From NCBI GenBank assembly GCA_951804945.1, contig OX638164.1, forward strand, positions 6,262,001 to 6,326,000: 64,000 nucleotides of DNA. The letters run 5' to 3'. The notes under the pieces were generated by a model. The model worked only from the letters and a program-made list of their open reading frames with translations. It was not told the origin of the DNA and did not search any database. The position numbers were made by a program, and so were the translations under genes. How positions within the stretch are numbered: position 1 is the first letter of the stretch; the number at the start of each line of letters is the position of its first letter. This DNA comes from Podarcis cretensis (taxonomy: Eukaryota). This document shows positions 35,223 through 47,200 of this stretch, piece after piece.

Positions 35223-38200
35223 GTAAGCGGCGGTTGGGCAAGTTGGGCTGTGCGCTGGGTGCACGGAGGAATTGCAACATACTGAGGCAGTATTTTGCAA
35301 TGCCTAGGCGAGCTCTCTCTTTCTCTCGCACCCCCCTCCCGCTCCACTCCACCGCCCTCCCCGGGCTCTAGAAAGGCCTCAGCCCCGCCTTGGAGTTCTC
35401 CCAGGACAGTAATTGGTGCGCTTTGCTGCACACACTGTTGCATCAATTGTGCACACAGTGCGCTTTCCCCCTTAACCATGTCTCTGACACACACGCATGC
35501 AGGGGAAGGGGGGGGGGAGAGCCACACACATACACACAGCCGGCCTAACCAGAAGATAGTCGTAGCCATTTTGGAACCTAGGTGTCTGCAAAGAAGCGGG
35601 AGGCCTCTGGTGGTTTTGCCTGACGCCTGAAAGGCGAAAAGGTTTCTGTGCTTCTTAAGTGACCTATTAGCTGTCTTGTCACTCAGGCTGTCTCCGTCCC
35701 AAAATCAGTTCGTGAACTTTCCAGGATTCGGTTGCAGTGGCCGTGCTCCGTGCAGTTGTGTGGCTTGAGGTTTTGTGTGTGTAGCTATTGTGTGGTGTTC
35801 TTTAAAAAACAACAGTGCACTGTGCAGCTGAAAAGGATTTCCTCCTAGCATTACTCTTGCTCTTATTGCATTTGTATCCCACCTTTCTCTCCGAGGAGCT
35901 CAAGGTGGCATGCACAGTTCCCTTCCTCCTCATTTAACCCCCCACAACAACCCTGGGAGGTGGGTTAGCTAACCCAAGGTGGTCCAGTGAGCTTCATGGC
36001 CAAGTAGAGATTTGAACCTTGGCCCCGCAGGTCCTAACCTCTGCACTGCACCAGCTCTTGAAATGGTGCAAGAAGCATTTTGGATATGTTACTCATATTT
36101 ATGTTAGGAGTTTAGTGACCTGACGTATCTCTCCCTACCATGTGTTTCAGAACTGTTTGGGGGAGAGAAAGTGGTGTAAGAGATGATCCAAATTCTGTGA
36201 CAGCAGAAACTAGAGCTCCCACCTCCAGAGAGAAAGTCTGTCTTATTTTGCAGCCTTTGGTTTGATATCCCAAAGGTGGAAGTGTGTCTGGCACTTGGAT
36301 TATCCACTGTCAGAGAGAGGTTTGGCTAGGAAAGACCAAACTCTCCCACCATATTCTCAGTGCCAAATACAGACTACTTGCGATTATGGGAGTCTTGATT
36401 TTTGAGTAAGCTGAAATCAGCTTCCAAAAAAAATGTAAGCTTCTAAAAGATGCTCAGGCTCCGATTTTGGTGAACCTCCACCAAGAGGAAGTTACCCAGG
36501 AAAAGGAAATCGCTGGGCAGCTTCTAAGATTACAACTCAGCATCCCATGGCGGTCCCTGGTGATGTGGTTTAAGCCCTGCTGAGTCAGGCCAATGGCCCG
36601 TCTTGTCCAGCATGCTGTTCAAACCAGATAACCACACACAGGACCTGAGTGCAACAACACTACTCTCCCACCTGTGATTCCCAGCAGCTTTTATTCTGGA
36701 CCTGGTATGCTGGAGAGAGCACCAAGCCATTGTGGCTTAATAGCCTTCTGCTCCATGAATGCCACTATCCTTTGGCACTCTCTGAGCCGAGTCCTCTTTC
36801 CTGGTTTAACCTGGACAACTGGACGGCACCTTTTAATAGCAAATTTTCATTTGTGCGTGTCATGCTGAAATTCCTTCTACACCACTGCTGCAAGATGTAG
36901 CTGTGTCCTCATACACATCGCTCCCCCCCCAATAAGAAGCAGATGTGCCCGCAGCCTGGACCTCACCGGAGGCCTCATTCTGCACTGGGAGCTTCCTTCC
37001 TCTTCCCGTATGCAGATTATGTCAGAATATGTTTGGATCCGGTAGTTCATCCACTCGCTGCAGCCAGGCTTAATGGAGTGATGATTAAGGCTATGTATAT
37101 GCTACACATTTAACATTCTTTCCCTCAAAGGATTCTGGGCACTCTAGTGCACCCCTCCCCAAGTTACAGTGCCCAGCAACCCTTAACAAACCGTGGTGCC
37201 CCTAATTATTTGAGGAAAAGAACAGGCTTCAAACAGGATTTAGAGACATAGCATGTCCAGTGGTACCTCTGGTTACAAACTTAATTCGTTCTGGAGGTCC
37301 GTTCTTAAGCTGAAACCGTTCTTATCCTGAGGCACGCTTTTGCTAATGGAGCCTCCCACTGTGCGCACACCTCTGGCGTGCGATTTCGGTTCTCATCCTG
37401 GGGCAAAGTGTGCAACCAGGAGCAGCTACTTCCGGGTTAGCGGAGTTCATATCCTGAAGCGCTTGTAACCCTAAGTGTTCGTAAACAGAGGTACCACTGT
37501 ATACAGCCTTACAAAGCTGCAATCCTAAACACCCTTAATTGGGTAGGGCATAAGACCCCATTAGACACAGTCAGTGTTAGAAATTAGCCAGGCACCAAGT
37601 GTGTTTTGCTACTGGCATGGGTCCAGTTGCCACTACATGGAGATTTCTGGGCGACCACAGTTGAAAAACCTTTGCCTTAGTCCATAGTTAACACCATTTC
37701 CATTTCTGCAGTATGTGTTTCTCCATCTTGGATACTGGGACAAGTGAATTGTTGTAAGAGCAAGCTGCAGTCAAGCAATGTAGTTGAGACCACAGAATCA
37801 TAGATTTGTTTTTTTGTAAGGTACCCCTGGGGGTCCTCTAGTCCACCCCCGGGCAAATAAACATTCCGTTGTGGTGACCGTAACCTAGTTTTAAGGTACC
37901 GTTTGGCACCTAGCTTATATATCAGAGTTTCTAACACTGGACACAGAGGCATATTTAACTTCCCAGCAAAAAATGGCTAGGATTTCACTGTACTTTAATA
38001 ACTCTTTGAGATGTCGAACAATTCAAAAGGTGCTGAAATGGGTCGCTGTGTGTCCTGCAATGTGGTTACCAGTTGCAGGCCTTAGATTGGGGACTCGGCG
38101 CTACAGCTAGGTGTCTGTTGTAGCCCCAAGCTCAAGGTGAGCCTTGTTACATTTTGGTGGAAGGATTTGGATGAGATGAACCATTTTACCTGGTTCCTGC

Positions 38201-41200
38201 TGAGCTGACAGCCGCCTCTTGATCTAAGAACTCTCTTACATTTGAGACTTAAAAGCTTGCTCTAAAACACCTGCAGAGCCCCAAACTGGGGACACCCTGA
38301 TGAATGTGTCACTTCAGAAGCTGGCTGCAAAAGCTTCCCTCTTGTTCTGCTGCCTCTGTGCCTCCAGCTTCTCCCTGACCAAAGCATCTTGGATAATGGC
38401 AGCGGTGCAAATCCATACTATTTGCCACCTTCCAAATGTATTTGGACGTTCCAAATATATTTGATAGGGACGTGGGTGGCACTGTGGGTTAAACCACAGA
38501 GCCTACGACTTGCCGATCAGAAGGTTGGCGGTTCGAATCCCTTCGATGGGGTGAGCTCCTGTTGCTCGGTCCCTGCTCCTGCCAACCTAGCAGTTCAAAA
38601 GCATGTCAAAGTGCAAGTAGATAAATAGGTACCGCTCCGGTGGGAAGGGAAACGGCGTTTCCGTGTGCTACTCTGGTTCGCCAGAAGTGGCTTAGTCATG
38701 CTGGCCACATGACCCGGAAACTGTACGCCGGCTTCCTCGGCCAATAAAGCAAGATGAGTGCCGCAACCCCAGAGTCGGCCACGACTGGACCTAATGGTCA
38801 GGGGTCCCTTTACCTTTACCTTAAATATATTTGGTAGTTCAACAGTCAGCGCGTACCAGGATTAGTTTGTGGCCCACTGGAAACATGAGCAGAGTAGGAC
38901 GTGTGTGTGGCGGGGCGAACACACTTCTCTTCCAGGTTGCAAAACTTTGTTGCCTGGTCACCTGGAGGTGCTGCTTGGGTGCCCTAGGTGAGCAGCAGCT
39001 TGCAAGCCTGCTAGAATTGTGGGCAGGGAGGGAGGGAGAGCTGGTGCCAGTCAATGTAGACCAGAAGCATTGCACACGAGGTATTTTGGACTGCAGCTCC
39101 CATAATCCCTGACTGTAGGTCATGTTGGCTGGGACTGATGGGAGTTGTAGTTCAACAACATATGGAGGGCTCTCCCAATACCTGATAACCTGGATATGCC
39201 AGGATTTGAACTTGGGGCTGCTGTGCTGCTGTGCTGTGTCCTCTTCCCTTTGCATGAGTGCTGCTCAGTTTCTGTGTCAAGGCCCATATCCTTTACTTTG
39301 ATATAGTTACTTTGATATAGTGATGGGTTACTATAGTGCAGAGCTAGTCCCCTCCCCTCTCTGCAGTGTTAGAAATTAGCCAGGGGCCAGGTGCGTTTTG
39401 AGACTGGCGCAGGTCCAGTTGCAACCACATGGAGATCTCTAGATGCCAGGTTGGCGACCAACATTTCCATCTAACTGGCCCCTCCAGCTTTCTTAAACAG
39501 GTAAACAGGAGAGCTTATTTATCGCATTTATACCACACCTTTTCCTCCAAGCAGTACATGGTTTGCCTTCCTCATCTGCCTCAACCCTGTGAGGTAGGTT
39601 AAGAGGCTCTAACTGGCCCCAGGTCACTCAGTGAGCTTCATGACTGGGGGGATTTGAACCCTGAACTCCCAGGTCTTGGTCAGACACTAACACTGGCTTC
39701 CTAGAGCACTTCTGCTATGGGTCAGCTCTATAAATTAAGTAGGCAAATAAATATGGGGAAAGCCAAAAGTCACATATAGAAGGATCTGAAATATTTTCCT
39801 TGAAGCTTGAATTTGTATTATTTGATGTGTTGATGTGTTGTGAACTGCTGCTCTGGTTCGCCAGAAGCGGCTTAGTCATGCTGGCCACACGACCCGGAAA
39901 AACTGTCTGCAGACAAACACCAGCTCCCTTGGCCAGTAAAGCGAGATGAGCGCGCAACCCCAGAATCGTCCACGACTGGACCTAACAGTCAGGGGTCCCT
40001 TTACCTTTACCTTTAAACCGCTTGAGATTTTTTCTTTAAAATTTAAAGCAGGGTAAAGGTAAAGGGGCCCCTGACTGTTAGGTCCAGTCGTGGACGACTC
40101 TGAGGTTGCGCGCTCATCTCACTTTATAGGCCAAGGGAGCCTTCGTTTGTCCACAGGCAGCTTCCAGGTCATGTGGCCAGCATGACTATGCCTCTTCTGA
40201 TGAACCAGAGCAGCGCACGGAAACGCTAGTATAGCACGGGAAGCTAGTATAGAAGTGAAATCAATAGTAGTAGTAAATAATAATAATAAATTAAATAAAA
40301 AATATCATTGGAAAAAAGGCACCTAGGCCTTCCATTGTGGCAACTGTTACCCAGGTTTAAGGTGCCATTTGGCAATTAGCTTATATATCTGAGTTTCTAA
40401 CACTGTCTGTCTGGAAGGGCTGTCCCCACCTACTTTTAAATATTCCTGTGTACGTTGCATAGGGCTAGAGAAAGGGTTAAGCAGATATTTTAGAAAAGCA
40501 CCCATCATTCCTGGCCGGTAGCCACATTGGCTGGGGCTGAGTTGGGAACCCCTAACAACATCTGGGTGCTGGTGGTAACAGGTTCCCCAACCCCAAAGTT
40601 TAAAGGACAGAAAAGATCCTTGCAAATCAAAGGAGTCTGTGTTTGTGCTCATAAGGCAGTGGGAATGTTGGATTGGACCAAAGTTCACTCCTTTGCCTTC
40701 TGGGAGCATGAGTCATTCTTCTCTTCTCAGTGACCTCTGACCTTCTGAAGGATCAAGGCCTCCACTTGCAAGATAAGGTTTTCTGTGGTTGGCTTTGGGG
40801 AGGGAGATCTGGGGTGGAGTTGGGGATTGGCAAGGTGTGCTCCTCGCCTTCCATAAAATTCATGGTGGGGCTTTCTTCCCCTTGCCCTCCAAACACTGAG
40901 TGGCTTTCCACATAAGCCAGATATACAATAAACACACAAGTCGTGAATCTAGAGAGTAGTATAAAAACAGCAATATATATATTTATTTTATTTTAAGAAA
41001 CCAGATTAGATGAGAAGCTCTGGGGTCATAAAATGGTCTTTGACTTTGTGATGAAAAATGAAACCAAATAGGGAGAAGCAAATCTCTCCATTTCGGTTTC
41101 TTCTTCTTCCAGTCTTAAATTCAGCTCTCCAGAATTCCACATCAGTTTGAGGTTGTTGTTTTTTTAAAGATGTTCATGAAAATTACTATGAAAATTCTTC

Positions 41201-44200
41201 AATGTTTGCGCCTGAAGTTCTAATGCACATGTCTTCGTATTCAGCTTTGCTGAATATTCCCATTTTTGCTAGCCGTTTCCCCCCCCCCAAATACAATGTA
41301 TTTTTGTACATTAATTTCACTAATATGTGCTTTTAAAAATGTACACCTGACCTACCATGTGCATTTTTGTGCATATGACTTGGTTGGGGAACTGAATTGC
41401 AAAATTTGGTGAAGTGGCAAGTTGTGATGGATAGCTGAGTTGGTGCGCAAATTAGGTAGAGTCTCATTTAGATTCAGACCAGGTCGAATTTATCTCCCAT
41501 CCCCTCAAGGTAGGCATCTGGGGGGCGGGATCTCCTTTGGAAGGTTGTTCCAACATCAAGGTGCCACTACTGAAATGGTTCTTCTCCCAGTTAACCACCC
41601 AGTGCACTTCAGAGGAGAGTGGCACCACAGAGAAGAGAAGGCAATGAAAGTAGGAGATTCTAGTCCAGTTTGCTGTGTATGTGCCCAAGAGGCCTCTACT
41701 GCTCCTTCTAATTTGGATCTGGGATATTGGTTTGGTTTTGCACCCATGAAACCATGTTGCAGAACAAACCTTTACTTATAGATCATGGTTTGTTAAGAGC
41801 AGATCAAACCACAGCCCTTGGTTCAGGCAGGTTGCAAAGTTGGAAATTGGGTCCCAGTGTGAATGGGGAGGATGAAGTGGGTGCAGTTTTGCTTCTGCTC
41901 AGTAAACCATGGCTTGCGTCTTACTGTGATGTGTGAACTTTGAGCGAAATAACTTGGGGTGCTATGAAATCCAGAAGGACAAATGCTAATAATATTTTTG
42001 CATGCTCATAATCGAGGCAGGGCTGTTTCGGATGTGGGCATGTGCTGTAGTGGCATGAAACCGTGCAGGGTGGTAATTAAAAGTGATATTTCACAAGGCA
42101 GGAGCTCAGACCTGCACACCAACTAGTTGTCACTGTTATGCCACAGTTGCAAAGCACATGGAATGCTGTCTGCGTAGGGTAACTTTTGGACCTCTTTGAA
42201 AAATTGCCGAGCCAAAGTACACAGAGAAGAGAAAATGAAACAGAACTCATGTTTAGCTAGGCTGGTTCAACACTACCTGTAGTTGCATAGAATAAAGAAT
42301 TGTGTAATTGGAAGGGAACCAAGGGTCATCTAGTCCAACCCCTTGCAATGCAGGAATCACAGCTAGTTAATCCCTGACAGGTGACCATCAAACCTCTCTT
42401 TAAAAAGCTCCAGTGAAGGGGAGCTCACCACCTTCTGAGTTAGTCCCTCCCCCTTTTGAACAGCTCTTACCATCCAAAAGTTCTTTCTAAGGTTGAATTG
42501 GAATCTCCTTTGTAGCAATGGGAATCCATTCATTTGGGTCCTGCCCTCTGGAGCAGCAGGAAACAAGCTTGCCCCATCATCCATGTGACAACCTGTCAGA
42601 TTTTCGAACGTGGCTATCATGATTTTTGTTTGGAAAATGAAAATAACAAAAGCCAGGCCACTTTGCTTTCACCTGTTACACCTCAAAGGGGCCACCAGAC
42701 ATTCCACTGAAGAGAAATGTGTTAAAGGTGTTAACTGAATTGCAGGTTTTTTATTTTTAAGTGCTCAAGCTTGAAGCTAGATCTTAACTTGGTGAACCCC
42801 CCCCCCAAAAAAAAGAACCCCCACATGCACCTTATTAAAAAGCACTTTGATTCTTTCTGGTTCTGTAGTTCTGGTTCTCAAGAGCCACCTGTGCAGAACC
42901 GGCTTTGAGATGTGTGTTTTCATTAATGCCACCCCCAGCCGCAGTTCAGAAGTTCCTGGGGGTTTCCTTTGAAAGGCGGCGGGGAAATGAAAGTGTGCCA
43001 GATCCATAACGCAGACGGTGTTACCATCCAAATTAAGGCGGGGGGGGGGGAGGTCCTTGGAAAAGGGAGCCACAGTTGTACCTTGTGTGCTCAGGACTTC
43101 TGTAGTCCAAACTTCTGATATGTGGAAGCCTTCTTCACAAACACTCTGCTAGAGTGGAATGCTTCTGCACACTCTTCCAGCTTGTGTTTGCCAAGAGCTC
43201 AAAAGCGAGAGATTCTCAGGGGATGCCCGTTTCCGTGCCTCATGAGGCAGACCTGCCAGCCCTTGTTGGGTGTAGATTTACCAAGTAGGCATCAAATCCG
43301 GAAGTGTCCCAAAGCGCTGTGCCAATTAGTGTAAATCTGCAGGGTAGTCCTTGCTCCCAGCCGTCCCCCCCCCTCCTCACGCAGGGCTACAGGAGTAGAA
43401 AACATTGTACCTTGGAGTCACTTGTTTTTAATTAATGCGCTCCTAAATTGGCACTTTGGGAGAATTGGCTTCTCCCCCACCATTAAGCTGTCACACGTGC
43501 GTGATTCCCGCTCTGTAATTTTGTTGCTGTAATTAAGCCGTTGGATCACTTACTCTTGCGGGGCGTTTGGAGGCTGCTGACTACTTAGGAAGTGCACAAG
43601 CCCTTTGATAAGCAGAAGGACTGTAGCTTAGGGGGTTGAGCACCTGCTTTGCATGCAAAAGGTCCCGGGTTCAATCCCCAGCATCTCCAGGTAGGGCTAA
43701 GAAAAGACTCCCTGCCTCCAGCCCTGGAGAGCCACTGCCAGTCAATATTGACAGTACTGAGCTAGATGGACCAATGGTCTGACTTGGTATAAGGCAGTTT
43801 CCATTGTTCCTGTTTAACTGGCTGGCTAAACCGGATGAGAGTAGCCGATGGGTCTCAAACCCTTGGTGAGTTAGGGACTTCCCCCGCATACGAAGATAGG
43901 TTCTGGCTGATGGAGCGGATGAGACCAATAGTGGGTCCAACAGTTTGGCAGTTTCTGCATATGCTATAGCGGGAAGTGGGGGGCAGATGGGGCTCATCCA
44001 CCTGGGAAGGCAGCCCATCTAGGAGATGAAGAACTCTGCTCCTAAATCTCCGCTGCCTCATGGGACATCTTTGGGAGAAGAAAAGGCTAAGGAGTAAACC
44101 CTCCACAAATGGAGATCAGAGTCCCTAACGTGGTTGGATGGAACTTTGTATTCCTCCTTCCGTCAACTCCTGCAGTCAAGTGGTGCCAGACATCTTGCTC

Positions 44201-47200
44201 TGCTTCCCTTTGGACCACATCAGCAAGGCTGAGGGGGGCGGGCTTGTCATGTGGGCAGCCCAGGTCCTCCATACACACTGCCCAGGCTTGCACCCCAGAG
44301 AGGTCACTTTGGTGCTACGAATGCAGCAAAAACACAGCATGATGGATCTCCACAGCCACAGCAGTTGCTGTGATTCTCCAGCAGTTTGACTTCACCCCCA
44401 CATGCACACTCCACTATCTTTCAAGACAGATGGATGCCAGTGTCCTTAATGCTGAACCATGAGGACTGAACCTGGTTAGGAACAAGTTGCAGCGCAATAG
44501 TAGGGCATCTGCTTTGTATGCAGAAGGCTCCGCATTCTGTCCCTGGAGTTGACAAGGCTGAGAATGTCCCCAGTCTGAAATCCTGGAGAGCTGCCAGTCA
44601 GTGTAGACCAGAGTTCTTGGGTAGGACTACACCTCTCATCGTCCTTAGCCAGTGTAGCCAGTGATTGGGGATGATGGAAGCTGTGGTCCGACAGCAGAGC
44701 ATCCTGAGCTAGATGGACCAGTGGGCTGACGCTGTGCAAGGCTGCTGCCTACCTTCCTAGGAGCATAAATGCTGTCCAGTGCAGCAGATCTCTCGACATG
44801 GTGTGAAAATGATTACGAGTGAGGGGAGCTGCATCTAAAGGATCTCTAGAAAGTGGGAACCAGGGGCAGATCTACACATGTCGTTTATAATGTTAAAAAT
44901 GCGTTGTTAAAATGTGACATCAGAGGGCGCTGCAGAGCAGCGAGCCACCGGCAATGGAAAACCGCTGTTAAGCATTATAGAACGTGTTTTTTAAAAGAAA
45001 ACGTTTAGAAGGTCAGTGTAGATCCAGCCCAGGAGAAATCTGGGTGTGCTTTGAAGTGCAGTAGACCACTTCAGTTAGTGAGTTGGGACCTACCACAGGT
45101 TATGGCGTGGTCCAAGGTGAGTAGCAACAAGAGCACTACCACCAGGCAGGTATATGGTAACATATTAGGAAATGGGTCCCCAAATGCATGTTTGGCTAAA
45201 AGGTGGATTTTGAGTCTGATAAGACTGCTGCAATATCTGGTTGGACTTTGAAAACAACTTTTGCTTAAAATCAAGATCATTGCTAAATGCACTATTCCAT
45301 TTCATCTCAAGTTTTGGCATTTTCACACTGCTTACAACTTTTTCTGGGTCCCCCCCCCTTGCACCCATCTGGTGGCATCTGGCTGGGTATGTGACACCTG
45401 GAGGCCTCATTCCCGTGTCTTCTTTTTTCCTTGCAGATGGTGATGGAGTTTCCTGATAACGTGCTTAACCTTGATGGGCATCAGAACAGTGGGGCGCAGT
45501 TAAAGCAGTTCATCCAGGTAGGTTGCTGCCATGCACCTCGAAAGCCGAGCCCCAAAATGTTCCCAGTAATGGGAATTTTTTTCATTTTTGTTTAAATTGT
45601 GCATTCGTTCGTTTGTTGCTTTATTGGACAAATGCCACGGCATGTTTAGTTGCTTTGACCGCAGCAGCAGAAAAAAACCACAAAACATTTCTACCGCGAT
45701 TACGATTGTTATAACCACAACACCAAAAGAAAGATTAAGAAAAGAAAAATATTTATTTCACAATTGCAAACTTACTGTGTTACAGTCAGGGGGGTGTAAA
45801 AAAAATCTTAGCTTGTGCTGATATTTTTAAAAACCCTATCCATTCTTTATTTTTCTTACTTAACCTTGGATTGTCTTTAGCAGCATGTGTATTTCTAACA
45901 CTAAAAAAAGTTTAATCTCATTAAACATATCAAAACCACATGGAATATTAGAGAGGTGGAAGTTGCTCAGTATAAGCAAAGGCCATACTTTCAGAAATTT
46001 GTTCCATCTATATCCTGCTGCTTTTGATCTTAAACAATAAATTAATTTTGGCATTAAAGCTGATTGCCATGGCTTATTTATGTAGTCACTGCATAGAGGT
46101 AATTTTCTGATTTTCCAGAGTTCCATCGGCAGAGGGATTGCTTGTTAAACCCCTCTAGGAATTGTAGCTCCATGAGAGGACAGGAATTAGGGGTCTCCTA
46201 ACAACTCTCAGTGCCTGTAACAAACTACAGTCCCCAGAATCCTCTGGGGGAAGCAACAGCTGTTTAAAGTGAGATGATACTGCTTTAAATGTATCATGTG
46301 GATGGGGCCCATGTCTCTTTACAAAAGGTGTTTCAACTGATCGCCCTTCTCTGAAACCCTTTTGCTAATGGCAGTGAGTTTTTAGCATGCAAATGAACAA
46401 AAAAAAAGCAGTTTGTGGCAGGAGTAAAAGATAAAAACAAACAGGTCAGTTAATTGCAGAACAGTATACTGAATGAAGGCAGGATAAAACAAAAAACACC
46501 TGCGCTCTTTTGTTTACTGTGGAGCCAAGGAGATACATTTTGGAAGAGAGTGCAGCCTCAGTGTACAGTGGTGCCTCGCAAGACGAAATTAATCCGTTCT
46601 GTGAGGCTCTTCGTATAGCAGTTTCTTCGTCTTGCGAAGCAAGCCCATTGACAGCTTAGCGGATTAGCGCTATTAGCGGTTTAGCGGCTTTTAGCGATCA
46701 GCTGTTAAGCGGCTTATCAGCGGATCAGCTGATTAGCGGCTTAGCAGCTTAGGAAAAGGGGGGGGGGGAAACCCCCACAGGAACTCGCAAGACATTTTTG
46801 TCTTGCAAAGCAAGCCCATAGGGAAATTCGTTTTGCGAAGCGCCTCCAAAACGGAAAACCCTTTTGTCTAGCGGGTTTTCCATCTTGCAAGGCGTTCGTC
46901 TTGCGGGGCACCACTGTATAGAGTTCTGCATTGCAGTGTAGTGGTTAGTATCAGAGGGACCTGGCAGGCCAGGGTTCAAAATCCCCTCTTGACCATGAAG
47001 CTCAACTTGGTGACCTGCGGTCAGCCACTCCCTCTCAGCCTGTCCTACCTCACTGGGTTGTTGTGAGGATGTCAAAGAGATGCAGAAGGAACCGAAGCAC
47101 GCCTCCCTGAGCTGCTTGGAGGAAAGGTGGGACGATATAAATGCAATACTGAAACAGAATAAATTTAATCAGGCCTTTACAAAAAGAGAGAGAAGCAGCA

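Larger units (their letters stand above)
39364..40405. mobile_element. hAT-type MITE, copy B, expanded by nested SINEs
   Basis: Same TIRs and subterminal sequence as 37572-37939; degenerate TSD cctctctg / tctgtctg. Confidence 0.68.
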
